Origin: a virus
Virus record (IMG/VR): IMGVR_UViG_3300021373_001378
Span: 4,570-68,569 of that record
DNA: 64,000 nt
Reading direction: 5' to 3' (one strand)
Of this stretch, positions 57,401 through 64,000 are shown piece by piece. Position 1 is the stretch's first letter, and the number at the start of each line of letters is the position of its first letter. The notes under the pieces were generated by a model. It did not search any database, had not been told where the DNA came from, and saw nothing but the letters and a program-made list of their open reading frames with translations. The position numbers and the translations under genes were made by a program.

Positions 57401-60400
57401 AAAAGAAATTTCAAATATTATCAAAAAAGCACAGGGTAAAATATCTAAAGTAGATGGTAAAGTTGTAATATCTAATGAATATAATAATTTTGTAAGAGAT
57501 GGTTACGAAGGTGGTATAAAATCTTTACCTATTAGGGTTATAAAAGATAGTTATTTAAATAAATTATTTCCTAGTAAAAAACTAGGCAAGATTGATTTAC
57601 AAAATAAAAAAGCAGATAATCCGAATCTTAAAAAAGACAGCAATTATAGAATAGACAAACTAGAAATAAAGAAACCAACTATAGGTAATTGGGTTAAATA
57701 TTTTACAGAAGGTGGTTATACAACTTTACTAGCTAAACAAAAAAAATATGCTACTGAAATAGCTAAAGCTGTATCTTTAAAAGTAACCAGAGAATCATTA
57801 ACAGATCCTGTTATTTTACAAGAAATAATAGCCAAAAGTACTTTAAACGAAAACATTACACCTGAAATAGTAGAAGGTTATCTAAACACGCTAGAGTCTA
57901 CTTTAGATACAAAGTCAAATGAAGCTTTAGGGTTTGATGATCTTGATTTTAGTAGAACTGAAACTAGAACTGAAATAAAAGAATGGTCAAAAGGTAATTT
58001 AAAACTAGATGATTTAAGTATTAAAGTAAAACAGTTTGTTCAAGATAGGTTTATAGATATGGGTATTAGCCCTGAAAAAATAAATTTTGTTAAAATGATA
58101 ATGAAAGACACTTCAATAGGTGAATTTCAAAGACTTGGAAATATATGGAGGGTTGTTGCTGGTAAAAAAATTGTTGATGAGCAAGTAATGAAAACAATGA
58201 AGGCTGAAGCTCAAAAAATAATTGATATAATGCCTGGAGAGCTTTTAGAGGTTATAGGTTTAAAATGGCTAGGCGTTCATTATAGAGGTATAAACTGGAC
58301 GGCATCAGAGCAAAAAGCTATAATTAAAAAAGCTAAACAAAATAAACTAAGTAAAAGATCCCAAGAATTATTTGATAAAATAAACTTAGAACATGTATCT
58401 AAGCATGTACAAGGAGATTATTCTTTTAAACTGGCTTTAAAGTTTGCTGCTGAAAAAAGTTTAAGCAAACAGCAACAAATGTTAATTGATGAAAGGGTTA
58501 ATATAAAACTAGCTAATGAAGCTAATTCTGCTTTGACAAACTTTATGGTATCATTGATGGACGAGTCTAAAGCTTCTGAAGGATATTTGTTTAACATGCT
58601 TCAATTACAAACTAACATAGTTGATGGTTTTAGAGCATTTTCTACACTAGAAGCTATGTATTTAGAAGAAGGAGCTTTAGTTCCTCCTCTTACAAAACAA
58701 GGTAATATAATAGCTGAACCAACAGCGCCTAAACAACCAAAAGAGCTTACAGAAAAAAGTATTAAAGCTTTTGAAAAAGCTAAAGAGATATATCCTAAAA
58801 AATTAGAAAATTATTTTGCTAAATGGGAAGCTACAAAACATTGGAAACAAGAGCTTGCGAAAGCCAAGAAAAGGTTTCCTAAACTTAGCTTAATAGAACA
58901 AAAGAAAAAAACTGTATTACAGTTAATGCCTAAGAACGAACATTTATTTCCAAACGCATTAAGTATGGGTAAATTATTTTTATCTTTATTTAAAAAAGGT
59001 TTTGATTTAAAAACTATTAGTAAAATATTTAGCGAACACAAAACATTATACGCTCCTAAATGGGTTTGTGATTTAATAGATGTTGGAGGATCAACAAACC
59101 AATCTGGTAGTAGAAGAATATTTTTCTTACCTGAAAATGTTAGAAAAAATATATTTGCAACAGAGAATAGCCAAGTTTTTCAAGAAAAAGTTATAGATGA
59201 CAACACTTTAGATCTTAGCAAAACAGAACAATCTAACTCTGATCAGTTCAATAAAATACTAGAACAAACAAAAGGTGTTGACTCTGTTAAAAGATTTTCA
59301 GATGCTGCTGCTAAATCAAGAGGAGCTAAAAAAGGTTTATACGACTGGTTTATACCACCATCTGCTGAAGATTTTTCTGGTTTACTTTATAAGTTTTTAG
59401 GCAAAGGTAAAATAGGGGATAAGCAGATGAAGTTTTTTAAAGATAAACTAATAAACCCGTTTGCTTCTGCTATGGCTGAAATAGATAGAAGAAAACAACA
59501 AATGTCTAATGAGTATTTAGCGTTAAGAAAGAAAATGCCAGGTGTTAAGAAAATGTTAGGAAAAAACACTGGTTATAATGAATTCACATATGATAGCGCT
59601 GTGAGAGTTTATTTATGGGATAAAGCTGGTTTTGAAATACCTGGTTTATCTAAAAGAGATCAAACAGAGTTAGTTAAAAAAATAAAAGAAAATGCTGATT
59701 TAAAGTTATATGCTGACACTTTAGGTGTGATAAGTAAGCTTAAAGATGGTTGGGTTAAACCAAGTGAAAGTTGGTTAGGTGGTAATATACCTACAGATCT
59801 TAGCGATATAAATCAAAAAGTAAATAGAAAAGAGGTTTTAGCTGAATGGGTTAAAAACAAAAACGAAATATTTAGTAAAGAAAACTTAAATAAAATTGAA
59901 GCTATATATGGCACAGATTTTAGAGAGTCTTTAGAAGAAATATTAGGTAGAATGGAAAGAGGTTCTAATAGACCTATAGGTTCTAATCAAAACAAACTTA
60001 CTACTAGGTTTATGAACTGGGTTAATAACTCGGTTGGTGCTATAATGTTCTTTAATGCTAGATCTGCAATATTACAGACTATATCTATGGCTAACTTTGT
60101 TAACTTTAGTGACAACAATATATTTGCAGCGTCAAAAGCTTTTGCTAATCAAAAACAATTTTGGGCAGATTTTACCATGTTGTTTAATAGTGATTTCTTA
60201 AAACAAAGAAGGTCAGGTTTAAAAACAGATATAAATGAAGCTGAAATATCTAACGCTGTTGGTACTGCGCCTAATAAAGCTACAGCTGCTTTTAAATACA
60301 TGTTGAAAAAAGGTTTCTTACCTACACAAATTGCGGATAGTTTTGCTATAGCAATGGGTGGGGCTAGTTTTATAAGAAATAGAATAAATTCTTTAGTTAA

Positions 60401-61274
60401 AAGTGGTATGACCAAGCAAGAGGCTATGGATCAAGCTATGTTAGATTTTAGAGAAATATCTGAAGAAGCTCAACAGTCTAGTAGACCTGATAGAATTAGT
60501 TCACAGCAAGCTGGACCACTTGGTCGTGTAATATTAGCTTTTGCAAATACACCTATGCAGTATGCAAGAATGCAGAAAAAAGCAATACTTGATTTAAAAA
60601 ATGGTAGAGGTGATTGGAAAACAAATATGAGTAAAATACTTTACTATGGTGTTATACAAAACTTCATATTTAATGCACTGCAACAAGCGTTGTTTGCTAT
60701 GGCATTTGATGATGACGAAGAAAAATTAGAAGAAAAAGAATTAGGTATATTAAATGGTATGGCTGATTCATTGTTGAGAGGTACTGGTGTTGCTGGAGCT
60801 GGTGTAGCTACAGTAAAAAATATGGTTATGGAATTAATAAGACAAAACCAAAAAGATAGACCTGATTATGTAAACGTTGCATTAAAGTCAACAACAATAT
60901 CACCACCTATATCTTCTAAATTAAACAAATTAGTATCTGCAGCTAGAACATTCCAATGGAATGGTAAAGAAATAAGAGAAGAAGGTTTAAGTTTAGATAA
61001 TCCAGCTAATTTAGCTGTAGGAAAAACAGTATCCGCTTTTACTAACGTGCCTTTAGATAGGGTTGTACAAAAAATAGATAATTTAAAAACAGCTACAGAA
61101 GAAGAAACTGCAGCTTGGCAAAGTATAGCTTTGGTATTAGGATGGGATCAATGGAGTTTAGGTATGAACCCATATCAAAGTAAAAAGAAATCTAGTAAAA
61201 TTAAAACATATCAAGATCTGTTAAAAAAGAGAAAAAAATCTTCTAAAAAATCAAAATATAAAGCAAGAAAATGA
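54477..61274 (+). CDS. Giant internal virion/ejection protein with glycine-zipper segment and HExxH motif
   Basis: 2265 aa; GAGALAGAGTGAA...GGIGGGVGGFMGG; VASHEVLH. Confidence 0.65.
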   Translation: MNNFAELVRDLYGKYAPDVDINEKFKYIVDNDLNVSDFVKEFYGKYAPEENLQEKEDYIFKNYFPDQYNVNTIKSKPKEIDPSDFENTQEKNTFLEDWFGKGQVTDFFGDFIRAGKSGWHGGTSVNESFDLFKKGKDMTDEEVVELVKRFREMEGAGQTDEMLAFSERFEKLKEKYGGIGGTLAAWWDNPTVMAQYTTQSLVQMAASALDSEEVLGTAAASSGAGALAGAGTGAALTSVGGPFAIFGAAAGGIGGGVGGFMGGLSGAMETGLTTAQLVQETAEEQGLNWATMTDEERIGFIRKATNDEKSFNDIKSKALARGITIGAIDGLVGAVSAGAGKTIFSGVAKTSLSKTAGLAATGGIATLETAGGMASEYFGQKAAGQEYNLEEIMIEGFADKTFTGIQAVKSLNQGVPKYTLNGQKLNGKEFSDALKIMDDEAYVSANIKIENSPGVQKLVDNRKENINIDQDINSKISDINDRSEAIKLEKQKRALENNKTESGKIRLAQIKNKISDLEKKYENSKVDVSIENRKKAIANALDTKFEKQFNKNLQSVQDFADQKGLDIDINENEDTYFQKIADATGQTLEQIKQKAVGSDGAFIGKGKIFINKTQAKKIGAVNVASHEVLHPVLNALVGGTKAQQNLVNGFKNKLNSKQRAMMDKFMGTQPEGTEYLTVFTDNFDAIMAEQNITQKISDFFRNMYVKLGYENINFDSGEGIYNFLKEYSKSTREGKLSDRATQAIDKAEAKVDTKIGDVDRSSKIADFSKTSQEAKEVNDIYNSTANKTEAGFNIAMKYRGMAENTFKSIRDGGNYTQDQIDKLNENKDDIIAMMLYDKIPSQKKDSKARNVLGLVQDFIKEKQKYGNPAAYINTFFKSRSKEVINYFVPDAVVESMNDKEGNVKSSVAKKSNTTTNKDQGPAARALTDFNDLMINDENFITSDIYNNIKSLIIKNISLLLSKNKLNVNEMTNVIEKEISNIIKKAQGKISKVDGKVVISNEYNNFVRDGYEGGIKSLPIRVIKDSYLNKLFPSKKLGKIDLQNKKADNPNLKKDSNYRIDKLEIKKPTIGNWVKYFTEGGYTTLLAKQKKYATEIAKAVSLKVTRESLTDPVILQEIIAKSTLNENITPEIVEGYLNTLESTLDTKSNEALGFDDLDFSRTETRTEIKEWSKGNLKLDDLSIKVKQFVQDRFIDMGISPEKINFVKMIMKDTSIGEFQRLGNIWRVVAGKKIVDEQVMKTMKAEAQKIIDIMPGELLEVIGLKWLGVHYRGINWTASEQKAIIKKAKQNKLSKRSQELFDKINLEHVSKHVQGDYSFKLALKFAAEKSLSKQQQMLIDERVNIKLANEANSALTNFMVSLMDESKASEGYLFNMLQLQTNIVDGFRAFSTLEAMYLEEGALVPPLTKQGNIIAEPTAPKQPKELTEKSIKAFEKAKEIYPKKLENYFAKWEATKHWKQELAKAKKRFPKLSLIEQKKKTVLQLMPKNEHLFPNALSMGKLFLSLFKKGFDLKTISKIFSEHKTLYAPKWVCDLIDVGGSTNQSGSRRIFFLPENVRKNIFATENSQVFQEKVIDDNTLDLSKTEQSNSDQFNKILEQTKGVDSVKRFSDAAAKSRGAKKGLYDWFIPPSAEDFSGLLYKFLGKGKIGDKQMKFFKDKLINPFASAMAEIDRRKQQMSNEYLALRKKMPGVKKMLGKNTGYNEFTYDSAVRVYLWDKAGFEIPGLSKRDQTELVKKIKENADLKLYADTLGVISKLKDGWVKPSESWLGGNIPTDLSDINQKVNRKEVLAEWVKNKNEIFSKENLNKIEAIYGTDFRESLEEILGRMERGSNRPIGSNQNKLTTRFMNWVNNSVGAIMFFNARSAILQTISMANFVNFSDNNIFAASKAFANQKQFWADFTMLFNSDFLKQRRSGLKTDINEAEISNAVGTAPNKATAAFKYMLKKGFLPTQIADSFAIAMGGASFIRNRINSLVKSGMTKQEAMDQAMLDFREISEEAQQSSRPDRISSQQAGPLGRVILAFANTPMQYARMQKKAILDLKNGRGDWKTNMSKILYYGVIQNFIFNALQQALFAMAFDDDEEKLEEKELGILNGMADSLLRGTGVAGAGVATVKNMVMELIRQNQKDRPDYVNVALKSTTISPPISSKLNKLVSAARTFQWNGKEIREEGLSLDNPANLAVGKTVSAFTNVPLDRVVQKIDNLKTATEEETAAWQSIALVLGWDQWSLGMNPYQSKKKSSKIKTYQDLLKKRKKSSKKSKYKARK

Positions 61275-61729
61275 TAAGCAAACACATAAGCATGAAAGAA
61301 GCTGTGTATAGCAATACAGCTATAAGGCGAGGTATAGATAATACACCAGGAGAGTACGAACTACAAAACATGGAGTTACTTGCAAGAAAAGTATTTGAAC
61401 CTCTTAGAGAGCACGTAGGTAAGCCTATAAAGATTAATTCGTTCTATCGATCAATAGAGCTTAACCAAGCTATAGGCGGATCGTCAAAATCACAACATTG
61501 TGAAGGCCGTGCAATTGATATTGATGATACTTATGGTCACATGTCTAACGCAGATATGTATGCTTTTATAAAAGAAAATTTAGACTTTGACCAAATGATA
61601 TGGGAATTTGGTACAGAAGAAAATCCTAACTGGGTTCATGTTAGTTACATAGATCCAGAAACAAATAGAAACAGGTGTTTACAAGCATATAAAGATAATA
61701 ATAACAAAACTCAATATAAAGTAATATGA
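61271..61729 (+). CDS. Endolysin, peptidase M15A family
   Basis: SFYRS..LN..IGG..KSQHCEGRAID, WVHVS. Confidence 0.88.
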   Translation: MISKHISMKEAVYSNTAIRRGIDNTPGEYELQNMELLARKVFEPLREHVGKPIKINSFYRSIELNQAIGGSSKSQHCEGRAIDIDDTYGHMSNADMYAFIKENLDFDQMIWEFGTEENPNWVHVSYIDPETNRNRCLQAYKDNNNKTQYKVI

Positions 61730-61923
61730 ACTGGTTAGTAAGACAAAAACAAACAAGAAGCTCAAGCTGCGACTGTACAGATAACTGCAACTGTAAGTCA
61801 CCTATGCAATTTAAGGGAGCTAATTCTAAAAACTCTAGTTGTTGGAAAGGCTACAAAAAAGTAGGTACAAAAAAATCTCCAAGCGGAACTGGTGAAACGG
61901 TTAATGACTGTGTTAAAATATAG
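61726..61923 (+). CDS. Small Cys-rich protein (CWKGY...NDCV)
   Basis: ORF track; contains KSPMQ. Confidence 0.65.
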   Translation: MNWLVRQKQTRSSSCDCTDNCNCKSPMQFKGANSKNSSCWKGYKKVGTKKSPSGTGETVNDCVKI

Positions 61924-61925
61924 TT

Positions 61926-62189
61926 ATGGCTATAGGTAAAGGATGTGGACCACGTGGGCTAGGCTCACCGTTCAAGAAAAGAATTAAACCTCACAAAGGA
62001 GGTATGACAGCTGCTGAAAGAAGAGAGTATAATAATAGAACTGGAGGTAATTTACAAGGCCCACAACCAGAGGGCGGTGATAGAAAAAAATCTTACTGCG
62101 CAAGATCTGCTGGTATTAAAAAATGTAAAAACCCTGACAAAAACGGTGATTGTCCAAATGACATAGCTAGAAGAAAATGGAAATGTTAA
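61926..62189 (+). CDS. Small basic Cys-containing protein
   Basis: GSPFKK, RKKSYCARSAG, ARRKWKC. Confidence 0.7.
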   Translation: MAIGKGCGPRGLGSPFKKRIKPHKGGMTAAERREYNNRTGGNLQGPQPEGGDRKKSYCARSAGIKKCKNPDKNGDCPNDIARRKWKC

Positions 62190-62199
62190 AAAAAATATA

Positions 62200-62364
62200 A
62201 TGGATACACAAGACCTAAAAGTTTTAGCGTTGAACACATCAGCGTTTACAGTTTCAATGACTTCAGTCGAAGACATACTTAAAATAATTTTACTATTAGT
62301 TTCAATAGGCTTTACTGTTCAAAGATGGTATGAAGTACGTAAGAGGAGTAAAGATAATAAGTAG
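62200..62364 (+). CDS. Small membrane protein, putative holin (54 aa)
   Basis: MDTQDLKVLALNTSAFTVSMTSVEDILKIILLLVSIGFTVQRWYEVRKRSKDNK; hydrophobic helix with basic tail. Confidence 0.55.
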   Translation: MDTQDLKVLALNTSAFTVSMTSVEDILKIILLLVSIGFTVQRWYEVRKRSKDNK

Positions 62365-62794
62365 TTTATTGTTTTGCGTTTTAATATCTGCACAAGATAT
62401 AAAAATAGCTGATGTTAAAAATTCAATCCAGACCGGTCCTTTAGTCAACAATAGGGATGTTGGTTTTGGATTGAAAAACATATTAGAAGAGTTGGTTCAA
62501 GATTTAGACTACAATTTAAACGAGAGAGCAAAAGACGCTTTATATGTTGAGTTACTTTATTTTGACGTTAAAAGAACACAGTCTAATATTGCTTTATATA
62601 GTAAATCTTCTAGTCAAACAGAAATAATAGCTTTAGCTAAATTTAAAAATAAAAAAGCAAAAGTAAAAGGTACATCAAAAGATATTACAACTTCTTTAAT
62701 TTTATTAAATGAACAAGGTAAATTTACACAAAACAGTGTAAGCGTCGCGTTAAAAAAATTATCTGAAAACATTATTAAGAAATTAAAACTATGA
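62330..62794 (+). CDS. Secreted protein, possible CsgG/TolB-N-like fold
   Basis: Signal peptide ending ISA-QD; FGLKNILEELVQD. Confidence 0.5.
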   Translation: MKYVRGVKIISSLLFCVLISAQDIKIADVKNSIQTGPLVNNRDVGFGLKNILEELVQDLDYNLNERAKDALYVELLYFDVKRTQSNIALYSKSSSQTEIIALAKFKNKKAKVKGTSKDITTSLILLNEQGKFTQNSVSVALKKLSENIIKKLKL

Positions 62795-64000
62795 GAAAAC
62801 TATTGTTTTTATTATTACCATTATTCTGTTTAGCACAAGATTTAAAACTTGATCACAGTTATATAGATAGCCCAGATTTTGAAGTTGGCGACACTATAAC
62901 TATAAAGTTTAATACAATACAGGTTACGGCAGACGTAGCACCTAACTTGTATATATTTGATTATGAATACAATAATAAATTGTTACAAAAGATTGAACAC
63001 AGGTTTAAAGTTACAGACAACTCAGCAAATACAAATGCACAAACTTCGCTAACACATTGGGATGGTTATAAGTATAAAGTTTTAAGTACTTATGATGAAG
63101 ATAATCTTTCAGCTCAATATTTACATGGTTGGTTTAACAGATCACAAGTGCAAGGAGATACTAACTCATATCCTACGGATAATGATTGGTCGGTTGAAAG
63201 AATAACAATTCAAGACGGTGTAGGTATAACATATAACAATACTTTAATTGAAGTTGATTTTAAAATTAAAGATAAAATTAATACTAATTATAGTAATTAT
63301 AATAATGTAACACATCTTAACTGGATGAGAGCTGAAGATAATTCAACGTCGACAAAATATGATGTTGATGCGATGCAACAAAAAATAACATTATCTGATG
63401 TTGAAGGTGGAGATGCTGGCAGTGTTACTATAAATCTTAAAACCGAAAATGATAAACCGACACATTATAAATATAATATACTAAGTAATAATAATAGTGT
63501 AACGAGTGGTAATTTTGATGCTAATTCACAAGCTATAGTAACTGGATTAGAAAACGATATAAAATACGATATAGAAATAACTGTTGATAATGATCTTGCA
63601 AGCGATTGGTTAGATGATGTGGTTACTGTAACTGATGTATTTTTAGTATTTAAAGAAGCTATTGGAGCTGGTAGTAGTCCAAGTGGTTCAGCAAATACAT
63701 TTACGCATGCAATGCAATATTTATTAGGTGAAGTTAATAACAGCGGGAACATAGACTTTGATGACTCATATGTACTGCTTAGTCATATAATGGATGAGAA
63801 CGTTAGCGAATATTTTACTAGCTCTACTAACGGAGCTAAGAACGTTTGGGGCGAAAAAACTCAATATGGGTACGCTACAGACGATTATTACTTTGGACAA
63901 AAGAAACATTTTACACCTACTGATTCTAATAAAGTTTTTGATTTTGGTCATGGACTTATTGGAGATGTAGACTTTTCACATTCATTTGAACCTATAGTTG
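62791..64000 (+). CDS. Secreted protein with cohesin-like and dockerin-like domains (runs off window)
   Basis: Manual translation MRKLLFLLLPLFCLA-QD...FEVGDTITIKF...FDYEYNNKLL...VTVTDVFLV...GEVNNSGNIDFDDSYVLLSHI; not in ORF track because no stop. Confidence 0.65.
   Translation, partial: MRKLLFLLLPLFCLAQDLKLDHSYIDSPDFEVGDTITIKFNTIQVTADVAPNLYIFDYEYNNKLLQKIEHRFKVTDNSANTNAQTSLTHWDGYKYKVLSTYDEDNLSAQYLHGWFNRSQVQGDTNSYPTDNDWSVERITIQDGVGITYNNTLIEVDFKIKDKINTNYSNYNNVTHLNWMRAEDNSTSTKYDVDAMQQKITLSDVEGGDAGSVTINLKTENDKPTHYKYNILSNNNSVTSGNFDANSQAIVTGLENDIKYDIEITVDNDLASDWLDDVVTVTDVFLVFKEAIGAGSSPSGSANTFTHAMQYLLGEVNNSGNIDFDDSYVLLSHIMDENVSEYFTSSTNGAKNVWGEKTQYGYATDDYYFGQKKHFTPTDSNKVFDFGHGLIGDVDFSHSFEPIV

Noticed and set aside
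1-64000. Stop-codon reassignment as in some crAss-like phages
   Set aside because: Genes are long and densely packed under the standard code; TAG and TGA both act as stops; no suppressor tRNA

Overview
AT-rich fragment of a lytic podovirus-like phage of Bacteroidota (Flavobacteriia-type; overall organisation reminiscent of GroEL-encoding Cellulophaga phi38:1-like and marine flavobacterial phages, which is an inference). Two divergent arms meet at about 14.4-14.7 kb. The left arm (minus strand) carries many small early genes, an initiator tRNA, a DNA ligase, a pyrimidine-dimer glycosylase, a sigma-70 factor, ERF/exonuclease/SSB, a primase-helicase and a nucleotide-metabolism module. The right arm (plus strand) carries three S74-chaperone tail fibres, GroEL/GroES, terminase, portal, scaffold, major capsid, tail ring/nozzle proteins, ejection proteins, an M15 endolysin and a secreted cohesin/dockerin-like module. 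The most unusual signals are: (1) anticodon-less tRNA-like RNAs in the early region, namely a 100-nt tmRNA-TLD-like RNA with G3-U70 alanine identity and no mRNA-like domain (inside a ~340-nt tiled structured-RNA block) and a 41-nt acceptor+T-arm+D-loop mini-tRNA, both sharing an ACTA trailer with the tRNA-fMet; (2) two exactly spaced phage promoter classes (7 and 5 copies) plus a duplicated GTGACA..TGTCAC site; (3) a thymidylate-synthase homolog with dCMP-hydroxymethylase signatures next to dNTP pyrophosphatases; (4) a zincin peptidase beside small basic proteins sharing an SP[FM]K motif. All calls come from reading the sequence; no searches or folding programs were run.
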